64,000 nucleotides of DNA, from NCBI GenBank assembly GCA_965662235.1, contig CBFIGY010000015.1, positions 1 to 64,000 on the forward strand, written 5' to 3'. Made by a program: the position numbers and the translations under genes. Of the stretch, positions 17,716 through 27,299 are shown piece after piece (position 1 is the first letter of the stretch; every line of letters begins with the position of its first letter). This DNA is from an uncultured bacterium. Lineage in GTDB: Bacteria; SAR324; NAC60-12. The notes under the pieces were generated by a model. It was not told the DNA's origin and did no database searches. It saw only the letters and a list, made by a program, of their open reading frames with translations.

Positions 17716-19055
17716 GGCTCCTTGCCGTGCTGAATCTTGGGCCAGTAGGTCTCGAAGTTGAAGCTGGGGGAGTGACTGCCGACGTGACACGAGGTGCAGG
17801 CATTTGTAGCCACCTGTGGCATCTTGACCGCCTCCGGATTGGCCAAGTGGGCCCGGGCGGGTCCGTGGCAGTTTTCACACTGAACGTTCATCAGGTGCGG
17901 TGTGAGCTGAGGGCTGAGGAATCCATTTTTGCCCACAAACGCCTGCACCTCAGGAGAAAGTGAGCTTCCGGAGGTGGGCTGCCACGGCTTCAGGCCGACA
18001 ACATGGCATTCCAAGCACTCCGGATCAAAGTGCTTTCCCTTGGCTTCCAGAGTGGCAAAGGCGTGTGCGTGTCGGCTGCCCTTCCAGACCTTGGCTGCTT
18101 CAGCATGGCAGGCTTCACAGACCGCGGCTCCGACAAAAGGTGACTGCTGCTGCTGTTGCTCCATGCGGTCGAGATTGGTGAAGAACAGTTCCTTGACGCG
18201 GTCATCATACCGCTGGAACGCTTGGGTGAGCTGCGGATCATCCGGAACACTGCGCCTGAGCCAGTCCACGCCAAACTGAGGCGTGGCCGTGACCTCGCCC
18301 GTGGCCTGAAACTGTTGCGTATCCGCCTGCCATACTCCCTGCAGCAGCCCCTGTCCCTTGGTAGGAATCATCGCCACGGTTCCGGCCTCGGTTGTCCGGG
18401 TCATCACCTGCTTCAACTCATCTGCGTTGGTGCTTCCAGAGAGAATCAGGTCAAACTGCCCGGACTGCTGAAACTGCATCAGCTCGGCGTCGGTTCCGCG
18501 AAACAGAAGGATTTCATATGCATCGGAGCGTGTCCACTGTTCCAGCGCTTGGGCCACACCATGGACCGCGGGCGCCTCATTCTCATTCTGATAGATCAGC
18601 GTAGGGGACAAGAAACCGCGGACCCGCGCCGGAGTGCCCTGGAGCTCCAGCTGAACTTCCTGTTGAAAGGGCAGGGTCCCGTTTTGGTTGCTGAGGAAGT
18701 ACGGCAGGTCTTCTGCGAGCGCGTCGAGGCCATAGAGCCACTCGTTGGGCCCGACCAGGATCACACTCGGGCCCATCTGCCGGAGCGCGGTGTGAAGCAC
18801 CTCCACCTTGAGGTTCCCCTGCTCCGAGGGCTCCGGAAAGTTGTTGCCGAGGTCCAGGTACACCACCGGTCCAGAGGCCTGCTTCTGTTGCAGGAAGGTG
18901 GCCCGCCGGAGCAAACCGCCCATGTCCCCTTCTTCCGCACAGCCGCAGGGTTTGATCTCCCCCCGTAGGTCTCCGGACATGATCAGATCCGCTCCGAAGA
19001 GGGGAACCGTTGTCAGCAGAAAAAGGCCGAAGGCACTGACCAGTTGGCGGATCAT
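17712..19055 (-). CDS. Exported fusion: degenerate UshA/5'-nucleotidase-like domain plus tetraheme cytochrome c (c554-like)
   Basis: Signal peptide; GDLRGEIKPCGC...GGLLRR...YLDLGN; four CxxCH motifs (CEACH, CLECH, CENCH, CTSCH). Confidence 0.8.
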   Translation of the reverse strand: MIRQLVSAFGLFLLTTVPLFGADLIMSGDLRGEIKPCGCAEEGDMGGLLRRATFLQQKQASGPVVYLDLGNNFPEPSEQGNLKVEVLHTALRQMGPSVILVGPNEWLYGLDALAEDLPYFLSNQNGTLPFQQEVQLELQGTPARVRGFLSPTLIYQNENEAPAVHGVAQALEQWTRSDAYEILLFRGTDAELMQFQQSGQFDLILSGSTNADELKQVMTRTTEAGTVAMIPTKGQGLLQGVWQADTQQFQATGEVTATPQFGVDWLRRSVPDDPQLTQAFQRYDDRVKELFFTNLDRMEQQQQQSPFVGAAVCEACHAEAAKVWKGSRHAHAFATLEAKGKHFDPECLECHVVGLKPWQPTSGSSLSPEVQAFVGKNGFLSPQLTPHLMNVQCENCHGPARAHLANPEAVKMPQVATNACTSCHVGSHSPSFNFETYWPKIQHGKEP

Positions 19056-20332
19056 TCGTATTCAGAAACGCAAAGAAGTTCTCGGAACGATACCAGCCCG
19101 TCTCCTGCCACACTGTCTTCCTGATCGAGGTCATTCATGTTGCTGACACCGGTGGCAATGCTGGGGAGCGCGGCTTCATAGCTGAAGGTGTAGCCGGATG
19201 CCGACTTGTAGACCTTCCGGAGGCTGGTAATCGTTGGACCTATGTTTGTGGTCGGTGCGATGATGTTAGGATCGACATTATTCTGAATCTCTGTCAGAGG
19301 CACAAGGTTGCGCTGCCTTCCCCCAGTCAGTTCGGCAAGCGTCGTTGAGTTGTCTGCCGAGTTCTTGGTGACAAAGAAGACTTTGTCGAACTCATCGGTT
19401 GCCGTGCAAGCAGTACCGTTTTTCCTCTCCAGGCCATTGTCAAGGGGCTGAGTCGATTCCAGCAGATCCGTCCGGAAGGAGCTGTCTGCAGCAACGCCCA
19501 TTTCAGCAAAGTCGCTATTGAGAGACTCCGTTGCTGTCACAATGCTGGTAGCCAAACCGGTTGAAAGGTCCGCGTTGATCGCCTGAGTCAAGTCAGTGAC
19601 ATTGTCAACCTTCAAGAAAGCAATCATGGTGCTGGGGGTTCCGAGAGGACAGCTCCCCTGAATAAGAGAGGCATTATCGACATAATCACCGTAATCCGTA
19701 CCAAACGGAACACACTGAGCGCCATTTTGAACGTAGCGGGTCCCATTGATGACGACCTCGAAGGTGGCATTATCGATGGAAAGCACCGGGATCGTGACAT
19801 TGTTCAGGCTTCCGGCACCGGTGAAGTTATCAATCTCCGTATTGGAGATGTCTCCATCTCGGGGAGATCGGTCCATGGTCCCATAGACGGTGTAAAGCAG
19901 GTCTGCGAGGTTGGCAAACATAGACACTTCACAGTCTCCGTTGGCGCAGCTTCGGCTTCCGGTGCGCTTGACCGCGTTGGTGGTGCAGCGGCTGCTTGAC
20001 GTAATGTTGTCGGAGCCAACAAGGCACAACGCGTTGGTAATGTACTTGCGGTTGCCTGCACTATAGTCTGTCGCGTTGTCGAGGTTTTGGATATTCAGCG
20101 CCGTATTGAGGTTGTCCGTGGCCCCCTCCTTCAGGAGGTTGCTCACCGTAATGCCCGCCTTCCCCAAGTAGGCGCTGGCTTTTTCGTAGTTGGTGCAGTC
20201 ACCGGCGATGACCGCGTCAAACTGAGAGTTGTCTAGGTCGATGCTGCAGCCGGCAGCCGTTTCCTGAGACTCTCCGCAGGCCGTGAGGAGGAGGGTCGCT
20301 CCGGCAAGAAGGAGAAGAAGTGAACGTTTCAT
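19052..20332 (-). CDS. Hypothetical Asn/Thr/Ser-rich lipoprotein
   Basis: Lipobox LTAC; several Cys; visibly lower GC than its neighbours; stop overlaps the cytochrome start. Confidence 0.75.
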   Translation of the reverse strand: MKRSLLLLLAGATLLLTACGESQETAAGCSIDLDNSQFDAVIAGDCTNYEKASAYLGKAGITVSNLLKEGATDNLNTALNIQNLDNATDYSAGNRKYITNALCLVGSDNITSSSRCTTNAVKRTGSRSCANGDCEVSMFANLADLLYTVYGTMDRSPRDGDISNTEIDNFTGAGSLNNVTIPVLSIDNATFEVVINGTRYVQNGAQCVPFGTDYGDYVDNASLIQGSCPLGTPSTMIAFLKVDNVTDLTQAINADLSTGLATSIVTATESLNSDFAEMGVAADSSFRTDLLESTQPLDNGLERKNGTACTATDEFDKVFFVTKNSADNSTTLAELTGGRQRNLVPLTEIQNNVDPNIIAPTTNIGPTITSLRKVYKSASGYTFSYEAALPSIATGVSNMNDLDQEDSVAGDGLVSFRELLCVSEYE

Positions 20333-20352
20333 GCGAGTACCAAGCTAGAGAG

Positions 20353-22029
20353 TCAGGTTTCCGGAGTCGGCGTGGTGGCATCTTCTGAAGCCTCTTCTGG
20401 CAGAGGAGGAAGTTCCTCAGCAGGAGGCGCAATCACGGCGTCAATCTGGTAGCGGGTGACCACATCAAGGGTGGCCAGGCTTTCGACCATGGGCCCGACT
20501 TCTTCCGGATACAGCGGGTAAGCGGCCAAGAGGGCGTGCAGGTAGCGACGTTGCAGATCCAGCCCATTGGCGGCATCCACCTGCTCACGAAGCACATCCA
20601 GCAGCGGGCCCGGACTCAGACGCTGCGCCTGGAGCGAGGGGTACACGTGCGCCACCAGCTCGAGTTGCTGCAGCAGTGCCAAGCGAACCACTTCCGGCGT
20701 CTCGGAAAGTTCAAGGTCCTGATGGAGACGGTCGAGGGCTTGGAGCACCTGGGTGAGCACGTTGGGATCGTCAAAGCGGTAACCACGCTCAAGTGCCGGA
20801 ACAAGGATCTGCTCCACCACGCCTCGCTTGGTCATGGCTTCATCGTCATAGCCAGCCAGCGGAAAGGCCAGCAGGGTGGAAGAGGTGGCACTGCCTCGCT
20901 GTCCCGTTTGCTGCCGCGTCAACTCCTCCTGAAGGACGGCGTCCCAGTGCGTGAGCAGGAAAATGGTGGGCTGCAGCTCCAGCTCCGTCAGCATTCCTGA
21001 AGAGGGCACAGGCGGTTGCGTTGCCGGGTAGCCATAGAGCTGCATGCGCTCCTGCATGGCGCTGATCATCTGTCGCAGTTCCGACGGAATTTCTTCGTCG
21101 GGAATCCACTCCTCCTGCACCAGGCGGTCGAAGGCCTCCTGACGAGCCGGACTGAGGCCGAAGCGATGAGTCTCTCCTGTCAAGAGAGCAATCTGCGCCC
21201 GGACCCACAGGGGCAGGTCATTGTTACGCAGGATGTCCCGAAGTTGCTTCCAGACGGTTTCCTTCAGGTCCTCAGAGTCCCCCTGCCACTCCTTCTTCTC
21301 CGCAGGCTCTTCGCTGGCCAGCATGTCGCCAGCTTTCTCGCGGATGCTGTCGGAGCAGACACTGTCAGGACACTTGTCCATGGCCATGTTGCCCCACTGC
21401 TCAATGTCCTTGCGGATTCCCTCGTCACAGATGTCGACAGGGCAGCGGTCGAGGGTGGGAAGAGCGGTGAAGAAGCGTTTCAGACTGGAAGCGGCTTCTG
21501 CCTGGAGGGCAACTTCCCATTCCGGAAGGTGCTCCACGACGTACTCAATGGCGTCCATCCGTTGGTCAACTTCGACCCCAAAGCGCATGGGCTGATCATC
21601 GACCATCTCCTCAAATCCCAACTCGCCTGTGGTGACATCAAACACGCCCTTGAGGGCGGCGACCTTGAGGTGTGCTGGCCACTCGGGTGACTCTAGGATG
21701 TCGGAGATGCGGGAAAGGCTGCGGTCCCGGACGTCCCCATCGTCACTGCCAAAGGCCATGAAGGCGAGGGCCCGGACGGCGATTTCTCGCTTGCCGACAT
21801 CGTCCATGTATTTCGAAATCCAGCGGGCCTCCTTGAGGGCGCTGACCTTTTGCTGAACGGAGCCATCGTAGGCTTCATACTTCAGCAGTTCCATTTGGGC
21901 CTGAAGCTCCTCGTAGCTGGAGCTCTGTTCAAAGGTCAGGTACGTCAGGCGTCCCTGAGTGGTGCATCCGGCCAGCATCAGCAGGACGGCAGCGATGACG
22001 GTCAGTTTGTTCATCATTCGTCTCCTCAT
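20353..22029 (-). CDS. Hypothetical alpha-helical (HEAT-like) lipoprotein
   Basis: Lipobox LAGC; helical repeat character; two CPxxxC motifs. Confidence 0.7.
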   Translation of the reverse strand: MRRRMMNKLTVIAAVLLMLAGCTTQGRLTYLTFEQSSSYEELQAQMELLKYEAYDGSVQQKVSALKEARWISKYMDDVGKREIAVRALAFMAFGSDDGDVRDRSLSRISDILESPEWPAHLKVAALKGVFDVTTGELGFEEMVDDQPMRFGVEVDQRMDAIEYVVEHLPEWEVALQAEAASSLKRFFTALPTLDRCPVDICDEGIRKDIEQWGNMAMDKCPDSVCSDSIREKAGDMLASEEPAEKKEWQGDSEDLKETVWKQLRDILRNNDLPLWVRAQIALLTGETHRFGLSPARQEAFDRLVQEEWIPDEEIPSELRQMISAMQERMQLYGYPATQPPVPSSGMLTELELQPTIFLLTHWDAVLQEELTRQQTGQRGSATSSTLLAFPLAGYDDEAMTKRGVVEQILVPALERGYRFDDPNVLTQVLQALDRLHQDLELSETPEVVRLALLQQLELVAHVYPSLQAQRLSPGPLLDVLREQVDAANGLDLQRRYLHALLAAYPLYPEEVGPMVESLATLDVVTRYQIDAVIAPPAEELPPLPEEASEDATTPTPET

Positions 22030-22033
22030 GTGG

Positions 22034-23158
22034 TCAGAATATCAGTCCGGCCTGGAAGGCCCAGCGTTTGTCTTCTTTTTCTCCGGCATAACTGCCGATC
22101 TCTTCAGAGTATTGTGCAAAATCGAGCTTCAGTTTCCAGAGGTTAAGCGACAGGCCCCAGCTGCTGTAGGGACCATTGCGTCCCAGCCGGAAGGAGACCA
22201 GGTGGTGACCGTTGTTGAGCTTCTCCCACCCCACCTCGGCGCCCAGCTTGAGGTTCCGTTGGGTGAGGAACGAATCGCTCAGCCCCTGTGCGCCCGTGAG
22301 GTCCAAGTAGTCGGCAGCGAGGATGAAGTCAAAGCCTTGAAACTCGGATTCAGTGGCAATACCGGTGTTGATGGTCATGGGAACCTCTCCGGCGTTGCCG
22401 AAGTTCAGGCCTCCTAGGTTTTGGATGCTCAGGGCCACCTTGGGAGAAAGGTTGTGAAACTCCTCTAGGTGGTAGGTTGCGCCCAAGTCGGGAGCAAAGG
22501 CGAGTTTGTTGTCGCCAATGGCCTCAATCTCCTTTTGAGCCTGATCCGTGTCTTCATTGAGGGTTGCAATGACGGCGGGATCAGAGAGACGGAAGTCCTG
22601 GTTGTAGACACCGACTCGCTGCACCAGCTTGCCACCGACACCAACATCCAGCTGGTGGTCCAGAAAACTGAACCCGACGCCGGCTGCCAATCCTCCCTGC
22701 ACATAAGCGGTTCCGTGCAGGTAGGGGAAGACGGGGTTCCGGACCTGGAAGTCGAAAAGGGTGTTGCTGAAGAGCGCCCATCCAAACCGAGAGTTGACAA
22801 AGGACGGTAGGTTGACGCCGGCTTCGACGTGAATGTTCTTGCCGGTGATTTGCCCCAAGCCATCAATGTCCGTGTTGTCCGCATCCACGCTTCCTTCCAG
22901 CCCCCCTGAAGAAACGTTGCTGGCGACATTCACCGAGGCAAACTCAAAGATGTTGTACATCACGGAACGCAGACCGGCGGGGTTGTAGAACAACACCGAC
23001 TCGTCGTTGGCCGCAGCGGTAAAGGCGTTTCCCATGCCACGGGCACGGATGCTTTCTTTGACAAAAGCCGCTTCTTTGGCGGAAGCAACCGTTGCTCCCA
23101 TGAGCACAAGAAGTCCACTGAGGAGGAGCTTCCGGGTCGGTTTCCAAGTCATGTGCAA
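22034..23158 (-). CDS. Outer-membrane beta-barrel protein (TraF_2/FadL/PorV-like)
   Basis: Signal peptide; RARGMGNAFTAAANDESVLFYNPAGL plug motif; amphipathic beta-strands; C-terminal Phe (QAGLIF). Confidence 0.75.
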   Translation of the reverse strand: MHMTWKPTRKLLLSGLLVLMGATVASAKEAAFVKESIRARGMGNAFTAAANDESVLFYNPAGLRSVMYNIFEFASVNVASNVSSGGLEGSVDADNTDIDGLGQITGKNIHVEAGVNLPSFVNSRFGWALFSNTLFDFQVRNPVFPYLHGTAYVQGGLAAGVGFSFLDHQLDVGVGGKLVQRVGVYNQDFRLSDPAVIATLNEDTDQAQKEIEAIGDNKLAFAPDLGATYHLEEFHNLSPKVALSIQNLGGLNFGNAGEVPMTINTGIATESEFQGFDFILAADYLDLTGAQGLSDSFLTQRNLKLGAEVGWEKLNNGHHLVSFRLGRNGPYSSWGLSLNLWKLKLDFAQYSEEIGSYAGEKEDKRWAFQAGLIF

Positions 23159-23173
23159 AAGGTCGGGATAGGG

Positions 23174-23413
23174 TTAGGAGGGCTTTTGGGAGTAAAAGAG
23201 GTCTTGCGAGAACTGAATCAGGCGCTGCTGGATTTGCTCATGTGACTCTTCCGGATACTGATCCTGAAAGATCGTGAAGCCCAACATGTTCCAGGCCACC
23301 AGGCCTTCCTCCAAATCCAGTCCGTTTTCATCCATCAGATGCAAGAAGTCCCGAACCGTCTGCTCGACTCGGATGCGTCGTTTGAATTCGTCAAGGGGGG
23401 CTGAATCACTCAT
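23174..23413 (-). CDS. Hypothetical protein (79 aa)
   Basis: Fills the gap between trpB2 and the barrel gene; plausible helical, acidic protein. Confidence 0.6.
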   Translation of the reverse strand: MSDSAPLDEFKRRIRVEQTVRDFLHLMDENGLDLEEGLVAWNMLGFTIFQDQYPEESHEQIQQRLIQFSQDLFYSQKPS

Positions 23414-23428
23414 AAAAATCCTGAAGAA

Positions 23429-23457
23429 GCAGAGGCTGCCCCGAAAGCAACCTCCGC
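23429..23457 (-). terminator. Hairpin after trpB2
   Basis: Minus strand GCGGAGGTTGC...GCAGCCTCTGC followed by TTCTT. Confidence 0.45.
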
Positions 23458-23463
23458 AGGGGG

Positions 23464-24834
23464 TTAAGCCGCAACAGAGGGCAGGCCTGCCAGCGCCATG
23501 GCCAGCTCCTGCTCATCGTAATTGCGGTCTTCTAGTTTGCCGGCAAAGTAGTCCGTGTACGCCTGCATGTCGAAGTGTCCATGCCCACAGAGGTTGAAGA
23601 GGATCGCCTTGGAGGTCCCCTCTTCCTTGCAGCGCAGGGCTTCGTCAATGGCGCCTTTGACCGCATGGTTGGCTTCTGGAGCAGGCAGGATGCCCTCGGT
23701 TCGTCCGAAGAGCACCCCGGCCTCAAAGCAGGCGTTCTGGTGATACGCGACAGCCTCCAACAGACCCAACTCCTTGATGTGACTGATCATCGGAGCCATG
23801 CCGTGATAACGGAGGCCCCCGGCGTGGAATCCGGGAGGAACAAAAGTGGACCCCAGGGTGTGCATCTTCACCATGGGCGCCAGGTGCACGGTGTCTCCAA
23901 AGTCATAGGCGTACTTGCCTCGGGTGAGGCTGGGGCAGGCCGCTGGTTCCACTGCCAGCACCTTGACCTCCTGACCACCGCGGAGTTGGGCGCCGAGGAA
24001 AGGAAAGACGAGTCCCGCAAAGTTGGACCCTCCTCCGGTGCAGCCCACGACGACGTCCGGATAGTCATTGGCCATTTCCATCTGCTGGATGGCCTCAATG
24101 CCGGTGACGGTCTGGTGCAGGAGGACGTGGTTGAGGACGCTGCCGAGGGCGTACTTGGTGTCGTCATTCAAGGCCGCGACTTCCACCGCTTCCGAGATCG
24201 CGATGCCGAGGCTTCCGGTGGAGTCCGGGTTCTTTTCCAGGATTGCCCGTCCAGCCTGCGTTTTGTCAGAAGGAGACGGTGTGCAGCGGGCGCCAAAGGC
24301 TTCCATCATGGCCTTGCGGTAGGGCTTCTGTTGGAAGCTGACCTTGACCATGAAGACCTCAATGTCGATTCCAAACACCCCTCCGGCAAAGGCAAGGGAC
24401 GATCCCCACTGGCCGGCTCCGGTTTCTGTGGCGATCTTGGTCACCCCGGCCTGCTGGTTGTAAAAAGCCTGGGGCACCGCCGTGTTGGGCTTGTGGCTCC
24501 CGGTGGGACTCACCCCCTCATACTTGTAGTAGATGCGGGCCGGCGTATCGAGCGCCTTCTCCAACCGCCGAGCCCGGAACAGTGGAGAGGGACGCCACTG
24601 GCGGTACACCTCGCGGACCGGCTCCGGAATCTCAATCTCGCGCTCCGTGCTCACCTCCTGAAGGATCAGGTCCATCGGAAACAGCGGGGCTAGGTCGTCC
24701 GGACCAATCGGTTGCTGCGTGCCCGGATGCAGCGGGGGCGGAGGCAGCGACGGCAGGTCGGCAGCAAGGTTGTACCAGGATTTGGGCATCTGCTCTTCAG
24801 AGAGCAGGTACTTGACGGGCTCGTTCATGATCAA
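23464..24834 (-). CDS. trpB2: TrpB2-type tryptophan synthase beta-like PLP enzyme
   Basis: [25 protein letters not shown] and GGGSNFAG motifs; no neighbouring trpA. Confidence 0.93.
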   Translation of the reverse strand: MIMNEPVKYLLSEEQMPKSWYNLAADLPSLPPPPLHPGTQQPIGPDDLAPLFPMDLILQEVSTEREIEIPEPVREVYRQWRPSPLFRARRLEKALDTPARIYYKYEGVSPTGSHKPNTAVPQAFYNQQAGVTKIATETGAGQWGSSLAFAGGVFGIDIEVFMVKVSFQQKPYRKAMMEAFGARCTPSPSDKTQAGRAILEKNPDSTGSLGIAISEAVEVAALNDDTKYALGSVLNHVLLHQTVTGIEAIQQMEMANDYPDVVVGCTGGGSNFAGLVFPFLGAQLRGGQEVKVLAVEPAACPSLTRGKYAYDFGDTVHLAPMVKMHTLGSTFVPPGFHAGGLRYHGMAPMISHIKELGLLEAVAYHQNACFEAGVLFGRTEGILPAPEANHAVKGAIDEALRCKEEGTSKAILFNLCGHGHFDMQAYTDYFAGKLEDRNYDEQELAMALAGLPSVAA

Positions 24835-24868
24835 TCTCCAGTAGGAATCAAGTCAGGGCGGTTTCGCA

Positions 24869-25867
24869 TCAGTGCAGACGGACGACCACGCGTCCTCGCT
24901 GCTGCCCCTGCAGAATTTTATCAATCTCTGGGAACAGGGTGTCGAGTGTGCATTCGAGGGTGAGGGCCTCAAGCTGCTCCAGTTTCCAGTCTGAAGCCAG
25001 GCGACTCCAGATCGTCTGCCGCAGAGGCATGGGGGTCTCTTGCGAGTCCACTCCCAGCAACGAAACGCCCCGAAGGATAAACGGGAATACGGAGGTTGGC
25101 AAGTCGGGGGAGCCGACCAGTCCGGTAGCAGCCACGGCCCCTCCGCGTTTGGTGCCCTTGAGGAGAGTCGCCAAGGTGTTGCCGCCCACGGTGTCTACCG
25201 CACCCGCCCACCGCTCCTTGAGCAGCGGACGTCCAGAGTCGTCATCAGCGTCTTCTCGGGAAATCAGCCCTGCTGCGCCCAACTGCTTGAGAAAGGCTTC
25301 TTCCTGCGGCTTTCCGGTGGCAGCAATGACGGAAAATCCCGCTTTGGCCAGCAGCGCAACAGAGACGCTGCCGACGCCTCCCGTGGAGCCGGTCACCACC
25401 GCCTCGCCTTGATCCGGAGACACGCCATTCTGTTCCAGCAGGTGGACAGACAGGGCGGCCGTGTAGCCTGCGGTTCCGTAGATCATGGCTTCCCTCAGGC
25501 TCAGGCCACTCGGGAGCGGCACCACCCATGCGGCAGGAACCCGAATGTACTCGCTGAACCCTCCGGAAGTGTTCATGCCGAGGTCGTAGCTGGTGACAAT
25601 GACCTCGTCCCCTTCCTGAAAGGCATCACTGCTGCTGGCAGCCACCACGCCGGAAGCATCAATTCCCGGGGTGTGGGGGTACTTCCGGGTGACTCCTCGG
25701 TTGCCAATGGAAGACAGACCGTCCTTGTAGTTCAGGGAAGAGTAGTGCACCCGAACCAGAACCTCCCCTTCAGGCAGGTCGGTCAGGGACCGCTCCACGA
25801 TCTCTCGGGTGAAGGTTTTGTCTTCATTTTCAGTAACAAGCATGGCTCGGAAGTTCGTGTCCGTCAT
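24869..25867 (-). CDS. YhdH/AcuI-family quinone oxidoreductase (acryloyl-CoA reductase-like)
   Basis: YSSLNYKD, GTAGYTAAL, TGSTGGVGS and PFILRGVSLLGVDS motifs. Confidence 0.88.
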   Translation of the reverse strand: MTDTNFRAMLVTENEDKTFTREIVERSLTDLPEGEVLVRVHYSSLNYKDGLSSIGNRGVTRKYPHTPGIDASGVVAASSSDAFQEGDEVIVTSYDLGMNTSGGFSEYIRVPAAWVVPLPSGLSLREAMIYGTAGYTAALSVHLLEQNGVSPDQGEAVVTGSTGGVGSVSVALLAKAGFSVIAATGKPQEEAFLKQLGAAGLISREDADDDSGRPLLKERWAGAVDTVGGNTLATLLKGTKRGGAVAATGLVGSPDLPTSVFPFILRGVSLLGVDSQETPMPLRQTIWSRLASDWKLEQLEALTLECTLDTLFPEIDKILQGQQRGRVVVRLH

Positions 25868-25927
25868 TTGTGCGACTCCGTTAGGTTCAGTGGGAAGTGA
25901 AGGGTTGCAGGAAGTGAAAGGAAGCGC

Positions 25928-26263
25928 CTAGGGGGTGTGATGCGGAAACTCGACCACGTCAGCAAGCGCCTCCAGGTCGTCTTCATCACAAGAGAGCATC
26001 TCGGTTTCGTCTTCACTGAGGTGGAAGAGGAGCATCGGCCCAAAGCAATCCACACCGTTGAAACGCCAGGGCGTTTGTCGTTCCTGAAGCTCGCCCTCGC
26101 CGTCGATGTAGCCGTGCAGGGACCCATTGATTTGGACCAGATCCGTGGCATCACAACGGAGGAGGTCACAGAGCGTTTCCAGATCCAGTGTGGCTTCAAA
26201 CAGGTCGATGCTTGGGGTGTCAGGATCAATGAGAATCCAGTTACCGTGCTGCAGGAAACTCAT
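25928..26263 (-). CDS. Hypothetical acidic protein, DUF3846-like
   Basis: ILIDP...LCDLLRCD...YIDGEG...G pattern resembles DUF3846-like, often phage-encoded proteins (recognition by eye). Confidence 0.55.
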   Translation of the reverse strand: MSFLQHGNWILIDPDTPSIDLFEATLDLETLCDLLRCDATDLVQINGSLHGYIDGEGELQERQTPWRFNGVDCFGPMLLFHLSEDETEMLSCDEDDLEALADVVEFPHHTP

Positions 26264-26319
26264 GTTCTGACTTTCAGGTGGAGCACGGGGATTTTACGAT
26301 GCAGCGTGAAAGGAGATGC

Positions 26320-26778
26320 ATGGAGAAAGAAACAATCACAATTTACACGGACGGCGCCTGTTCCCCGAATCCCGGAAAGGGAGGCTGGGGCGCGGTGCTG
26401 TTGGCACCAGAGCGTGGGCTCCGCAAGGAGCTCTCCGGGGCAGAGCCCGATTCCACCAACAACCGCATGGAACTCATGGCAGCCATCGAGGGCCTGAGAG
26501 CGCTCCGCAAGCCGTGCCGGGTGACCGTGTTCACGGACTCTCAGTACCTCCGGAATGCCTTTGAGCAGTACTGGATCCGGTCGTGGCAGCAGAAGAATTG
26601 GAAGACTGCCGCCGGAAAAGCGGTTGCCAACCAAGATCTCTGGAAGGCGCTTCTGGAACTCACTCGCCAGCATGAAGTGACCTGGAAGTGGGTCAAGGCC
26701 CATGATGGCAACCCTGAAAACGAGCGTGCCGACGCGCTGGCGGTGGCGGCCCGGAAGTCGCTGAGTGGTGCCGCTTAG
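26320..26778 (+). CDS. rnhA: Ribonuclease HI
   Basis: IYTDGACSPNPGKGGWG, TNNRMEL, TDSQY and WVKAHDGNPENERAD motifs; AGGAG RBS before ATG 26320. Confidence 0.95.
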   Translation: MEKETITIYTDGACSPNPGKGGWGAVLLAPERGLRKELSGAEPDSTNNRMELMAAIEGLRALRKPCRVTVFTDSQYLRNAFEQYWIRSWQQKNWKTAAGKAVANQDLWKALLELTRQHEVTWKWVKAHDGNPENERADALAVAARKSLSGAA

Positions 26779-27299
26779 AGCCGTTCGCGGATGAGCCCAA
26801 TCATGGTCTGGATCTGGGCTTCACTCAACTGACCATCAACGCTGAAGAGCACCGATCCGTCGCGATCGAACACGAGGACGTCGTTGCTGTCGTCAGCAAG
26901 CCCCCACTCTTCCACCAGCACCTTCTGGTAGTCCCGGACGTAGGTGGTGTTGGGGTAGTCTTCCTGCTTGCTTTCCAGCTTCACCTGAATCACCGCATTG
27001 GGAAGCCACGTGGCGGCCATGTTGACCACCGCCACCGAGCCGTACTGACTCCGGTCGAAGTTTTCTGCGCTCAGGGCCTCAGACGCTGCGTTGTTCAGGT
27101 CACTTTCATCCGGGTCGGCATAAAACAGAACGTGCACCTTCCCCCGCAACTCGTCACTGCTCCACGTGCCTCCGGTGACCCGCTCCCCTCGCTCGCCCTC
27201 CAGCACAATTCGGGGCGGGATCTCTCCAACCGGGAGTTCGGCGTGAGCCACTAGGGGGAGCCCCATTAGTAGCCATCCGAGCCATCTGCGATGCTTCAT
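26775..27299 (-). CDS. YtfJ-family exported protein
   Basis: Signal peptide MKHRRWL...AHA; WSSDELRGKVHVLFY thioredoxin-like fold; start trimmed to the ATG after the GGAGG RBS. Confidence 0.75.
   Translation of the reverse strand: MKHRRWLGWLLMGLPLVAHAELPVGEIPPRIVLEGERGERVTGGTWSSDELRGKVHVLFYADPDESDLNNAASEALSAENFDRSQYGSVAVVNMAATWLPNAVIQVKLESKQEDYPNTTYVRDYQKVLVEEWGLADDSNDVLVFDRDGSVLFSVDGQLSEAQIQTMIGLIRERL

Noticed and set aside
18940..18955. Selenocysteine recoding in the UshA-like CxC motif
   Set aside because: Both positions are Cys codons; no in-frame TGA.
22034..23158. TraF-like barrel (with the TraB-family gene at 44100) as evidence of a conjugative element
   Set aside because: No relaxase, VirB4, coupling protein or integrase; both families are commonly chromosomal and unrelated to conjugation.
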